Origin: the human T2T-CHM13v2.0 reference genome, Homo sapiens | Assembly: GCF_009914755.1 (NCBI RefSeq) | Contig: NC_060927.1 | DNA length: 64,000 nt | Reading direction: 5' to 3' (one strand) | Shown here: positions 1-14,780 of the stretch, in pieces | How the letters are laid out: the number at the start of each line of letters is the position of its first letter | Position numbering within the stretch: the first letter of the stretch is position 1 | Position numbers and translations under genes: made by a program | Notes under the pieces: model-generated | Told to the model about the DNA's origin: nothing | What the model saw: only the letters and a program-made list of their open reading frames with translations | Database searches by the model: none

Positions 1-644
1 GCCTCAAGACTGTTCATCTATGGCTTCGGCAGATTAAACTGTGTGCTGACACAGGGACTCATAGGCCTCAGAAGATCAGGTTTGGTGAGACCCAGGTCCA
101 CTGGAGGGAAGAACCTGCTCATGCTCACAGAATAGGGTCCCAGGAGGATGAGGGGTGGGAAGGAAAGCTGCCCTGACTCTCCACTGTCCAGGGAGTGAGG
201 GAGCTGGCAGCCCAAGCCTTAATTGATCCCTAACTTGAGGGAGCCCCACATTGGTGTGTGCTGTGAGGGGACACAGAGGAACCTACACCCAGACCTCTCT
301 TTGAGGGGCTCAGGGAAAACTCACTGGGAAGACAGTATTCTGTAGGAAAGGCAACTGTGATGTCGGTAAGAAGATGCAGTGATCCCTAAGTATACCTGGG
401 GGACCAGTCCCAGGACCTCCTGCAAATTCTCAAATGCACAAATGTTCAAGTTCCTTATATAAAATGGTGTAGTGTTTGCCTATAACCTACACACATCCTC
501 CTGTATACTTTAAATCATCACTTAATTACTTGTAACACCTAATACAACGTAAGTACTACGTAAATAGTTGTTATACTGTGTTGTTTAGGGAATAATTACA
601 AGAAAAAAGTCTCTGTACATGTTTAGCATAGATACATTTAAAAA

Positions 645-957
<313 letters not shown>

Positions 958-966
958 TCAGGTGCA

Positions 967-1263
<297 letters not shown>

Positions 1264-1628
1264 CAGATGCATTTTTTAAAAATATTTTCAATCCAAGTTT
1301 GGTTGAATCCTCACATGGATTCCACAGATACAGAGGGCTGACTGTACTTTCTAGGATTATTAAGTAATGAGCTCATTTAATCTTCCTTTAAACACAGCCC
1401 TACCTCATCTTACAGTTAAAAAAAAAAAGAAAAGAATGCTCAGAAAGGGAAAGGAACTTATACAAAACTCACAACCAAAAAGCAGCCACGCTGTGTTTGA
1501 AGCCAAGTCTGTCTCATTTTCAAACCCATACTCATTCCAAGGTTCTCTAGTGCTTCCCTAGTAAAGGGTTGCAGGTTGTGAGTTTCAAATAAGCACCACA
1601 AGCATCCAGCAACAGAAAGAATGACCTA

Positions 1629-2160
<532 letters not shown>

Positions 2161-3389
2161 AGAAATCAGGAAAGGAAGTGGTGTTCCAGCCTCAGAGCCG
2201 CAAAGACATAGAGGTACACTGGTTGGATGACCATCTGTTCCCAGGGCAGGAGTCCTGCAAAAACCAGGCAGCAGAACTGCTGGCCAGTGCTGAAACAGTT
2301 TACTGTTTACCCATCTGTTTACCCATCGGGTTGGGAAGATGCTCATTCTAGAAAACCTAGGTTCCTGTACTTTTCACTCTGGGCTCTTCTGGTTCTCCCG
2401 AGCTGAAGAGTATGTTTTTCCATAGGAAGTCCTGCTTCTTTTGTGGTTGACCACAGTCACCCTCAGCGTTTTCTCCCTGTCTTAACAGAGGAGCTTCTTT
2501 CACCAGACCTTTTGTGGCTAGGCTTCCCAACCTCCTCCTGACACCAGATGCCCTCCACGAAGCACACTTGAGTTGGGCAGGGTCCCCTCTCAAATCCATA
2601 TTCATAAATAAGCACAGAATGACCAGGAAGAACCCAATCGGGACCCCACATTTCTCTTAGCTCCATTTAAGATGGTGTTGTTTTGAGCCACCCCATCACC
2701 TTGTCGGCTCTGATGAAGCCTATGCACAATTAAACCCCTCAGATCTTTTTCTCAGGACCTCAACCAAATCAGGTCTGTCCCCAACATCCAATTCTCCACT
2801 TTAAACAGTATCTGATTTCCAGTAGAAGTCAGACTGCCTATCCCCTGTCATGACTATAGCATGCCTCCCTGACAGCCTTATATTCCATACTGGGAAAGTA
2901 GCACCCAAATTCTTCCAACTGGCTGGAGAAGCTGTAATAGGAATACGTCATAACTTGGACCTGCTCAGCTGCAAGGCATGCTGGAATCTTGGCAGCTGGT
3001 CAGTGAGGAGCAAGAAAAGTTTTCTAGCATGGGTTACCTGGATAAAGGGATGAGGACATGACCCAGGAAGTAAAAAGGAAAGGGGGGCATTGATGAATAG
3101 CATCCCCACTCTACTGCTATTTGTACTGAGAAATGCCCCTCTTCTGCTGGAGAAAGACACAGCATATGTCCATGGGATGCTGAGGGAATATTTGTGAACA
3201 ACTTGTTGACAACAAGCCAAGAGTTAACACCAAGAGGATTGAGAAAAGCCTATGTAGTGGTTAAATGTGTAGGCTCTGGGTTTAAATCCCAGGTCTACTA
3301 CTTATTAGCTGTGTGACCTTGGGCAAATCATTTTATTTCTCAAGGTTTCAGTTTCCTCATGAGGAAAGTGGAGATAAAAATAATATGTG

Positions 3390-3714
<325 letters not shown>

Positions 3715-4139
3715 TTAAAAGAGATAATGCACATAAAAAGTTTACCAGGCCGTTGTATAGTAACAACTGTATAAACCACAGCTGTTTTTACGGAACACTA
3801 GCTGGAAGGCATTGAGTGTTATGGTTCAGGGGCTGGAGGTACGAAGATGAAAGGGCTGAGCAGGTGAAAGGAAAAACAAGGATGCTGGAGGTGGGGGCAA
3901 GGGAGCCTAGGAGTTCCTATGAAGGGAGAGGCAGCATTCTGTGGAACTGATCTGGAGGCAGAGCCTAGGACCAAGGCTAGGTCAAGGGATTCTGACCTCA
4001 AATCAGGGACAGGGAAGCAGTCAGCGCGAAGCCTCAGAGGAGAGCAGTGAAAAGTGTTTCTTAAACTCTGAATCCAAAAACTTTTTATTGCTGTAGGAAG
4101 TCAGTCAAAAACGGTCTAAATGGTCCATGTGAAAAAGCA

Positions 4140-4420
4140 TCAATATTCCACTTCTAGAAATCTGTTCTGAGGAAATAATCATTGATAGGCACAAAGATTA
4201 ATGTGCAAGGATGTTCACTGCAGCATTATTTATAATAGTGAAAAATGGTTTACAATTTAAATGTCCAACCACGGGGGGTTTGTTAAATAAATTATGGCGC
4301 ATCCGTATGATGGAATACCAGGCAGCCATTATAAAGCCCATCTTAGTAGGATACTTAGGAAGGGGGAAATTATCACAATATGCTGTTAAGTGAAAAGGCT
4401 GGTTACAAAAAGTACAATCA
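4140..4420 (+). mobile_element. Old L1 (L1ME-like) 3' fragment
   Basis: attccacttctag...caaggatgttcactgcagcattatttataatag...aaataaattatgg...atggaatac. Confidence 0.7.
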
Positions 4421-7395
4421 CAATTTGGTTACATACCTATCTAGACGAAACATACAAAAATGTTGAATTAATATTCATTACTTTTGTAAATGCTTTTTAA
4501 GAAAAAAATGACCAAAAGGAAGTAACCAGACAGGAGCTCTCACAATCAGCTTATAATAGAAAGTCATTAAATTCAGAACACAAACAGTAGCTATGATCTG
4601 GATGCCAGGAGCTATAGCTGGTGCCCATTAGAAAGGACCTGGCTGTTTAGAAGGGTTGAGGGCTAAGAGGTTCTGCATGCCATTGGCATGAGGCCAGGTA
4701 GAGCCTAGAAAAGAAGATTTAGGTCAGTGGCTCTCAACCATGGCTGCCTATTCGAAGCTCAAAAAAATACCAGTGCCCAGGCTCCCCCCGCAGAAATCCT
4801 ATCTTAATTAAGGTCTAGGATAGGGCTGGTCAAGTCTGTATTTTTTAAAGCTCTGCAGGTGGTTTTTACGGAAGCCAGTGAATTATGTGTTGAGCTGGAC
4901 CAAGCCACGGTTACCTGTATACAGAGGTAGACTTGAGGCTGTTCACCCCACTTCACAGCCCTCTTCTCTCTGGACAGGGCCCAGCAGGAAAGTGAGGAAA
5001 GTCTCACTCTGGAACCTGGAGAGCTGTTGAAAGGGAGCATGTGCCCCAAGGCACCTGGTCTATGTAGAAACATTACCCTCAGCCTTGGGGACATTCATGT
5101 AAGTGCTCTTTAGACCTTGCCTGTTTGGAGCTTTTACCACAAGGACACTGCTCTACACTTAGACTCCTGATGGGACCTAGGGTATCCCTGATGCCAAACA
5201 CTGAAAGTCCAGGCTCTACCAAAGGAGGAAGGAAAGAAAGCCCGGATCCCGGGAAATCTGCAGGGGTCTGACCCTGCATCAGCCAGAGCTAGTGGTATTT
5301 TCCTCTTCTGTCCTGCTTTCGGGCAGAAATACACACCAACCAACAGGGCAATGTGTAAACCTTAAAAGCAGTCTGCTTTGAGTGGATGAGGCCTCTCAGA
5401 GAGGGCTCCTAGCTTCCCCCAGGCGCCTTGAGGGAAGAGAAGCAGAGGGAGCTGGCTGCTAGAAACAAAAGTTTGTATGAAATGATAAGATCTGCCCCAG
5501 CTACTCACTACAGATATAGAGTTACTCAAGGCACCGAAAGCAGGGAAAGAAGAGGCCTGAGTTGGGTGCTTCACACACTTGTCCCTGAATAATTAAGAGC
5601 CAACTGCAGCTCTTTTGTATTCCTAACAGGGGGGCTCTTGGGAGGCCTTCCGGACAATGGCTAGGGCAGTAGGGAGGGAGCTATGGCTCAGGTAGACCAG
5701 TGGGACTGGCAAATAGGGATGGATCTAAATTGTTACCCTGCAAGCCATTTCCCTAAAGTTGCCTCCCAGGGCGGGCTTACATCAGCTCTGGCAGGGAACG
5801 AAACTGCGGACAGAACTGCGGTTAATCCAATGGTCAGCCGGTAACACACAGATTTGGAATACCTTTCATCTACATTTATATGTGCATATATGTATGTATG
5901 TTTATATGCACATGTATGCCTCAATATACAGCAGAGTTACCTTCCAGATGATATTTGGCTCAGGCTGAGGCAAAAAGGAAAATGCATTCTCTGAAGATGC
6001 AGTGACTGGCAGTCGGTCAGATGGGTTAACAACAGGGGGGTTGGATGGTAACTGGAAACTATCCTGAGACTCACATTCCCCACAAAGAATCCACAGAAAA
6101 GTCAACGAGCCACTCCTGGAAAATCAAGAAGCGACTGCAATATCCATTCAAAACCACTGACTTGAGGGCCAGAAAGGGCTTTAAGATTCTTCTGAACACC
6201 TCCCTTTCACAGATGAAGAACCCAGTGGTTTGGCAGAGGTGCTCAAGCAGAAAAGCCTCCCTCATTTCTAACCCAGCCTCCCCACTCTGTAACTGAAACC
6301 TGTAATTTGATCCTCAGGGGACTGGCAGGACAGATGGTCACTAAACATCCTTCAAGTACCAACCTTTCCCATCACAGAAGATGCTGGCCAGGACATTTCT
6401 GGTTCAAATGAAAGATACTCTGATAATATCGACAAGGCTTCAAATTCAAACAAGTTCCATGCGCAAGTCTGATTAAGTCATCCTTATTAAACGCAGAACA
6501 ATGAGGACAGTGTCATGGCGGGATTCAGCACATACAGCATTGCCTTTAAAGCTTTCATGTACTCAGGGAAAGCCCGATGGAATCCTTGTCCTTCTATTTC
6601 AAGTCAGAGAGTGGAGGAGAATCAGCAGACCAACTGCCAAGAAGAGAGCTCAAGGTTAAACTCTCCTGACCCAGTCCCCATCCCAGAGGTCCCTCCTTCT
6701 GCTTTCTCTCCTGTGCCCAGCAGCAAATTGGACAGAAAACCATCTTCATTTTTTATTCCACTTTGAAGCCACCAAGTCGAATAATTTCTCACTGGTGAGT
6801 CCCCCACTCAAATCAGGACTGAGAGGCCATTCTGCAAGGTTTGGGTTTCATCTCTCATGCTCACTAAAACAGAAGGGAAGGGAAGTATCATGGCAGAGCC
6901 ACACAACATTCAGCACCCTTCTGTCCCTTTCCTTTCAGAACTCGACTCTCAGCTGGAACTTCTCCCTGCCATTTTCTAGCATTCAAGCTGGTTATAAAGG
7001 AAATTTCTTCAGAAGGAGAGTATTGGAGGAGATCCATCTGAAATAGAGAATGGCATACACGAAGATCCTGTTCCAGATTACCCATTAGAGGATCATCTCC
7101 TCAGCTAAGGCAGATGTCATCAAACCAAAAGTCACAGAGAGGGGGGTTTGCAAAAGTATAGCACGATGCCAGTGAAAAATCCAGGTGTTGTCCACACAAG
7201 CTATAAATGAAGGGCTCAATTCTGTCAATTCAATGAAATTCCATTAGTCCAGGCATTTGCTTTGGCCTCTTGCCATACATTTAAGACCAAGTTAGTTAAG
7301 TGTTGTCATAAATTTAAGGCCAACTTAGTGATAGGTAAACTCATATGGAAAGATCTGAATGTAAAGAAAACTCATTCATTAGAAGTAACTATTTC

Positions 7396-7398
<3 letters not shown>

Positions 7399-7432
<34 letters not shown>
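7399..7432. repeat. (CA)17 microsatellite
   Basis: Read directly from the sequence. Confidence 0.97.
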
Positions 7433-7435
<3 letters not shown>

Positions 7436-10299
7436 AATGAAGACAAGCTAGTGATCAAGGTGACTGAATGAGGCAAAAGATGGTCCCCAGAACCCACTGG
7501 GGTTTAGATCTTTAAGTATAAGTAACACTCCCTCCAAGCACTTGTGCATCCCCAGAGCTCCAGATGCCCAGATCTCCAGGAGCCTGGCTTTGCATCTATT
7601 TACACCACAGGTACAAAGTAGGTGTTTAGCTTTGATGAGTGAGGAATCTGAGGCACAGAGAGGGAACTTGGAACTAGGAAACAGCTAAGGTGATGGGATC
7701 CTAGCCCTCTCACCCTCCCCCAAAACCCTGGACTCCAAGTCCTTTGGACAACTCCACATTAGCTGTCAGGTCCCCCAGACAAACCCACAGGGGAAAAAAC
7801 ACCACAGTAAATCACCACAGATGTTGAGGCAATGCTGATAATTGTGTACCCTTAGTCATGCTGATTTACCCCATCCTGGGAGATCAGAGGCATGTGTTGT
7901 TTACTGTTGTATCCATGGCTCCTAGAACAGTGCCTGGCACATAGTAGGTGAGTGAACACAGGAGTTTACTGCCACTGGATGGTCTCTTTTACCCTGTACC
8001 CAGGCAGTGACAAAGCCAACACTTGAAGATCATGGGAAACATCTGTCTACTGCCAGGGTATAGGTGGTGGGGCACCAGAACTCAGCTCTGGGTTCTTTAA
8101 GGCAATATAACATAACAAGGTGGCATGCACTTCTAATCAGGGATCTTGTCTTTTTGTCTTCTTTGTCCATTCTACCACCTCAGTCATCAATGAAAGTGGT
8201 GAACTGGTTGGCTGGTAATGAGTTGCTAACTCAGATCATTGGATATAAGAGGGTGACCAAGACTAAGCACGGGAGTGTTATGGTCAGTGTTCAAATAATT
8301 GGACCCAATAGCATCATCTTCCTAAATACACATACTCCATCCATAAATGTCTGCTGTTCCTCTATCCCCTTGATGGGTTCCCATCCCTCTTTTTAGATCC
8401 CCACTCAGGCATCAGGGCTTTCTGGATGTTCCTTGGAATCTGCAAACATCCAATGTGAGCTTCTAGTCTTATCTCATCTAACCCTATTGCTACATTAGAT
8501 GAAACAAAAAGTTATGGTTGAATTTTCTCTTTTTTGTAAAAAATAAAATTGGTTTACACCCACTGGATTCCCAGTGGGAATGGGGACAGGAGATCTGAAT
8601 CCAGTCTTTGCTCTGCATGTGGAACCTTATATCAATGGATGTGATGTGCTCAGATTTGAGTAAAACAAGATGGCTCCCTCAAGGAACTTATCATCTGACA
8701 GAAGAATCTTAATGGGCCCTGAGAATGAGGGTGAGCCAAGGGCCCAACAGGTCAGAGGTAGAACCAGGCCATGAGATATTCCAGTCAATCCCCAAGGTAC
8801 AGGGAGACAAGATAACATGTATATCCAAGGCAGATGAGCTCACTTCTTAGAATCTTAATATCTTTATCTATAGATATAAGGGGTCAGGCTACTTAAAGGC
8901 TGTTAATTGATTTTGTTAGGATCATTTCACTTGGCCAGTTTGGCTTTGAACTCCCAATTGTCCATAAGCTGGGCCACTCTAATTGCCTGATCAACACACT
9001 GTGACCTGCCTGCCCTCTGTAGGCATTTGAATTTGTGCTTCCCCTGACATGGACAATCTCCAGGGCCTCTCCCAGCTTTGAGTCTCAATAAGAAGTGACC
9101 ACTGTAGGGTCTTTCAAACAAGCCAGGAAGTTCATCCTAAGACAAGAAAGTTTCTGGGGCTCCTCCAGTCCTAATGGGGAGGTAGCAATCTACAGTGTTG
9201 GGCTGGACCTCTCGGCTTCTCTGGTTTTCTAGTCTGGCACTAGAAGTGGTAAAGGAACTTTTTCCCCTCCCTAGTGGGAAAGGAGGTGCTGGCTGTCCTA
9301 TCTCAGGGCAGAGTCAATAAGCCCAGCTCTCTGTCCCACCTGAGTCATCGAGTTTTTTTTAACCCTTCCTCTCCTAAACCCTTGGGTCATCAGGCACCTT
9401 GCTGCCTGTACAGCCACTGCATGTTCCTCTCCATGTTCTCCCTCCCCAAACACATAGACAAGTGTCTCAGGATCAAACTGGTGAACTTACTAACCTCTCT
9501 GGGCATGGGCTCGGCCCTGTACCTCTTTTTATCTACCAGCATTTAGCATGGTGCATTGCACATAGTAGGTGCTTAAACAGTGTTAGATGTCCACGGTGAT
9601 GATTATGGTCGCTACTGTTGGCTTTGGAGGAGGAAGGCTCTGGCACTGGCTGCTTGGAAAAAGAAAAGGGATGGAAGATCTGCCATTCCTTCCCAAACTG
9701 GTGGTGATAGGTGTTGATATGGAGAAAAGAGCTCCCCCTGAAACCCACACTCACCTACACACACCTTTCCCAACACAGCAAGCCAGAGGCAGCCCTGCCC
9801 CGAGTGGTCTACCCCCACGCCCCAAGGCCCAGAACAGTTCTCACCGCCCCATGAGTGACCAAGTGGCAAGTTCCCCCATCTCTCCTATATTTTATCTCCT
9901 TTCCTCCTCCGTTGAAAATCTAGACTTCGGGAAAGGTACTGGCTGTTTCTTTCCAAGCTGCTTTCAAATCTGCCCCCCTTTTCCGTAATCTTGAGGTCCA
10001 GTTACAAGGTTCAAGTTCCCCTCTTGCCCCTTCCTCAAGGTCATCTGTCCCGGCTTAGAAAAGGTGAGAGGCCACTGCTGATTGTCAAGAAGAGAACAGG
10101 CTTAAAAAGATGAGCTGAAGTGGGGAGGCCGAGGAGCAAGCAGGCAGGGAGGGCTGTGGAGAGAGGCCCCGAGGCCGAAGTGGGTTGGGGTGCCTGAGAA
10201 AAGCGGAAGGAGGTCGGATTCACTAGGGGCTGAAGGAAAAAGATGGGGTTAGGGCCAGAGAAGGTAGGATCGTGGTGAGGTCTAGACACAGGCAAGCTT

Positions 10300-12400
10300 C
10301 CAAACCCTCAGTCCCAATTCCGTTGGCCGGGAAGGAGTGCATGCCAGGGTAGCCCGCCCTCCCGGCTCCTGCTGCTCTCACCCCGCCCCTCTGCAGAAAG
10401 CCTGGGCAGGATCGCAGGGGTGCGGGCAGAATCCAGCGCTCCTCTCTCCCCATCCAGACTCTCGGCCCACTCCCGCCTGGCGCGGCGGGCAGTCGGAACT
10501 ACCCAAAGACTGGGCTCGAGGTGGGGGGCGGGGGCGGGGAGGAGGGGGCCAGAACGGCGCTGCAGGTGATCCTCCTCCTTGTTTAAAGTTTGCGGTGGGC
10601 AAAGGAGTCGGCTCCGTTGGGCCGGGTTTTCTCGAGCCTCGCCTTCTTCCTCCGCCGGTCCGGCGACCACTTCCCTCTTGGCTCCCGCCCCGCGCGGGTC
10701 CCCGATCCCCTCTCCCGTCTGCATCCCTCTCTGTGCCCGAGCGCCCCCCGCTCCCTCCCTCCTCGCTGGATCTCCCGCAGGACGTGAGCGGAAAGTGAAT
10801 GGGCAGCCCCAACCACAAAGACAAATTACCATGAGAAACATAAATCGGGAAATCGCCGCTCGCGTCCCTGCTTCCAGCTGCCGCACCCCTCTCCACCCTC
10901 CCAGCCGGGAGTGCGGGGCCCTGAGCCACTGCCCCTGGAGCCTGGTGGGCAGAGTTCACGCTCCGCAGGCCTGGTCAGGGCAAGAGTGTCCTGGAGGCGG
11001 GTCTGGGAAGAATCCGGGCGGCGGCTCCGCAGGCGGCGGCGGTGGAGCGGGGACGTCCCTGAGCGGGAGATTTCACACTCTGGGCGGGCCACGCGTTCCC
11101 ACGCGCCTCGCCGCCCGCACTCTCCCTCAGTGCTGTTTACTAGCCGGCCCTCTCTGAGCCTCCATCTCCGCACCTCTGTCCCTCCGTCCCTCAGCCTCAC
11201 TCGTCCGTCTCCTTCTCCAGGCCTGGGTCCCGGGTCCCCATCGCCGCTGCAGCCCAGATGCGCCGACCACAGCCCTGGCAGGGCCCAGTGCAACCCGGAC
11301 CCAAGCTGGCTGGCGGCGGGAACGCAGCAGCGATGAGGGCTCTCAAGCCGAGGTGGCAGCGGGAGGCGCGGAAGCCAGGGGACCCCCTGTCCTCCCGCCC
11401 GCAGCCTCACCTACCTGGCTTCAACTTGCCAGAGCCCGGACCCCTACCTCTCTACCCCGATACCCACCCGAGTTGCTGAAGTTTGCAAGTTGCAGCCCCA
11501 ACCCGCGCAGGGGAAGCGCCCGGGGCTCCCGGGACTCACCTCCCAGAGGCGGGTGCAGGTGCCCGGTTCCCCGCGGCTCCCGACTCCCGGGCGGCGCGGA
11601 GCGGCGGGAGCTAACCAGATGGGCTGGCGGCCGGTCTGGGAATGGGGCGGCCGCGCAGGAACGGCCTCCAGCTCTCAGCGCTCCGGTGCAGTCCCCACCC
11701 GGGCCCGCGCCCGCTGCGCTCGGGCTCCCAGCAGCCGCTGGATGCGCTGCCGACCCGCCCGGCTCGGCGGAGCTGGGCTCTGGCACCAACCCCCGCGCTC
11801 CAACTAGCTCCCGACCCGGCGCTCGGAGAGAGCAGGGAGGAGGAGACCGCGGGAGCAGAAGGAGGGAGGGGGCGGTGGGGGAGGAGTTGCAAGCAAAGGG
11901 AGAGAAGGAGGGGAGCGGGAGCGAAAAAGAGGAGGGGGCTGGAGCAGACCTGCCGCGGCGGGCGCTGCACCCGCCAGCCTCGAGGCGCGCGGAGGAGCGC
12001 GAGGGGGCGCCCTGCATCCCGCGGCTGCTCGGCCGACTCCCGCCCCGGGCCTGCCGAGTGTGGTGACCAGCCCGGTGGGCCGAAGCCCCTTCCCCGGCCG
12101 GCATTCCGGCGGCAAGACCTAGGACTCCGAGCACTTGCCGCCGTTTGCCACATCCCGCCTTGCCGTTCTCGGTCACCCCATCTCGAATGTGACATCCCCG
12201 AGGGCCATCGGCGCGGCCTGCCCACCCCAACACTCAGGGCCTGAGGAAGCTCCCCCAAACCCCACTCCGGACTCCCACATTCCCCAGCCCCGTCAGTTCG
12301 GAACGATCTTCCTGCCTGTGGATTTGAAGGGGAAGGGACCTCGTGTAAAACGGGGGAGAGCCGTTATAACCTGCAGCGGCAGAGAGGGAGGCTAGGCTGC
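10300..12400. promoter_or_regulatory. CpG island promoter (SEMA5B 5' end)
   Basis: About 2 kb of very high GC and CpG density with many GC boxes. Confidence 0.92.
11540..11835 (-). other. SEMA5B: Non-coding first exon, most likely SEMA5B (5' end approximate)
   Basis: Perfect minus-strand donor GAG|GTGAGT (+ strand actcacctc, 11534-11542) and no minus-strand ATG in the interval. Gene identity comes from recalled divergent adjacency to PDIA5 on 3q21. Confidence 0.72.
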
Positions 12401-14694
12401 TGGGCTGGGCTGGAAAGCCAGAACTGGCCGGATTAGGGTTAACCTTGCAAACTGTACGATACCGAGCGAACCTCTCCAAGCCTCAGTTTCCTCAGCTGTA
12501 AACTGGGGTTAGTAATACGCACCCTACAGAATTGTGAAGAACGAGTAGGGGATACGGGGAGTAAAATAACATCAGGAACAGTGGGAGGGCAGCCAAGAGA
12601 TGAGCGATCCGGGGAGGTGGTGGAGCGTTCTCAGCTGAGGACGGAAGGTTTAGCGCAATCACAAGGAGCGAGGCCGAATTGTTTACAAGTTTAAGTGATC
12701 TAGTGTTTCTGATGGCTAGAAGGCGGGAGAGAAAGATTCAAGGGGCAAGCTTCAAATCCTAGCTGCCCGGGCTGCAAGAGGGATGGGAAGGGAGCCCTCT
12801 GCTGAACAAAAAATATATTTGAAAATGTAAAAAAAGGTGACCTAAGAACGAGTGAGAAAGACAAAGGATTTGAAAAATTAAAACCAGGAAAGTGTGATTC
12901 TAAGAGATAACCAAAGAGAACTATGAAATAAAAATAGATAAGTTGGAGGAAGGAAAATATCAAAAGACTTTCTAGAGTATGCCAAAAATTGGATAATTAG
13001 AACAAAGTCTGAGTGAAGCATTTTACATAATAAAATTCTGGGTAAAGGAAAACCCAGATAAAGCAGAAGAATTGAGACACTAAGAGCCCCAGAGAAGCAC
13101 CTCCTGCCTGCCATCCTCCTACCCCTGGACCATGGCAAGAAGCAGTTTGACAGGATAATGGGAAAGAAAGGGTGGTTCTGAATCCAAGAAGGGAGTTTAT
13201 GAGACACTGTAAAAAGAGAAACAGTGCAAGATCTCAAAGATAGACTTTCTAGGGCAACAGAAATGCTGAAACTCATAATGTGCAGAATGGAGAGAAACTT
13301 GCAAAGGGAAAACACGCTCTGGACACAAAGGCAGAGATGCAGAGAAGAAAAGAAAGGAAACGGGCATGTGTGGGCATACCAGTCTGGTAGCCCAGTCTGG
13401 GGTAAAAATCAAGTTGGAAGAGGCAGCATGGGATATTGAGTCCAAATCTATCATTTTATCAACAAGGACAATGAGCTCTGGACCATTCTCCCAGAGTCCC
13501 AGGCTGAGATAGGGATAGGTCTCCTGATCTCCACCGTGGAACCTTTCCACTGCAATGAGCGTGCCCCCCCCCAACCCCCATTCCCTGCAGAGCCATGGGG
13601 AATGTTTTTGTCATCACAAAAAATAGAAGTATGTGCAATATAGAGATACCTTTTAATTAACACAAAAAACCACGAAGCTATTCCATACTGCAGGACCAGG
13701 GAATGAACAGGAGAGCTTCCAATTTGTCTGGTTGGGAGAATAGACAAAATGCCTTCTGAGTGGCTCTGTCAGCCACAGCTCTCCCTTGAAAGATAACCAA
13801 AATATTCTCCACCCTTCACACATTCTCTCACCTGCCCTCTTGTTTGCTACCATGTTTTGATTGTGTTCATTCTTTTCTTCCCACTATCATGTCAAGGCCT
13901 TTCCTGGCTCTCCCTCTCCATGTTATAAAGTGGAGAGGGGGTTTGGGGGCTTGGCACAGGAAGGGAAGAGAGGAGACTCCAGGCTGGGGACACAAAGAGG
14001 GAAATTTTCCTTTTCAGGGGAAGCAGGAGCCAGGACAAGGAGGCACCCAAAGAGACAGACCAAGTAGCAGGGCAGCTAGCAACATTGGGCTAATTAATCC
14101 TAATTGCATCCTAAAGCATTGTATTGATTAACAGTGATTACTCAAGAGCTCTCAATACAAGAGAGCTTCAGAAGCCCAACCCTCCGGAAGAGACAGTTTC
14201 TTTACTGGCCTGGCTTACCACCTGCTCTTTGGCAAACCCAGCCTGGTTAGAATCTCTGAATCATTTACTTGGAACAAAACCTGGAGCATTGATTCCATCA
14301 CCACAGTATCACAACCAGCTTCTGCCACCTTCCTTAGACCTTTGCAATAACCTATAAGATAATTGCTTCTGTTAGGAGCAATTCTTCTTCTACCGAAACA
14401 TTGTTAATTAAGCAGAATGGAAATATAGTAATTAACACAGTGTTATCTCAAGCAAACAAGCTAAAGAGCGGTGAATATAGGGGGTGACGGAGTTTTTAGG
14501 ATTCACTCTTGACCTAGAAATTCCAAACTTATCTTGAACTAAGGTTGAAAGAGTTTAAGAAATAGATCCAAATTCTCATGCTCAAGAGCAGGAAAGGGTG
14601 GAAAAGCTAGGAGCACAACACTGTCTTCTTCCTCCCACCTGAGGGCATTTTCTGGGAGATAAAGCTAAAAAATGAGTGCAGGCTCTCCCAAGAG

Positions 14695-14698
<4 letters not shown>

Positions 14699-14758
<60 letters not shown>

Positions 14759-14780
14759 CCTCTATGTGTGTGTGTGTGTG
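14699..14780. repeat. Compound (TC)~29 / (TG)8 microsatellite
   Basis: Read directly from the sequence. Confidence 0.97.

Noticed and set aside
4676-4690. Palindrome CATGCCA-T-TGGCATG
   Set aside because: A 7-bp arm palindrome is expected by chance in 64 kb. It does not fit NFI spacing and is a poor p53 match.
10308-12395. Many overlapping 100-270 aa ORFs on both strands in the left CpG island
   Set aside because: Stop codons are scarce in GC-rich DNA. The products are low-complexity G/P/R/A with no recognisable domain.
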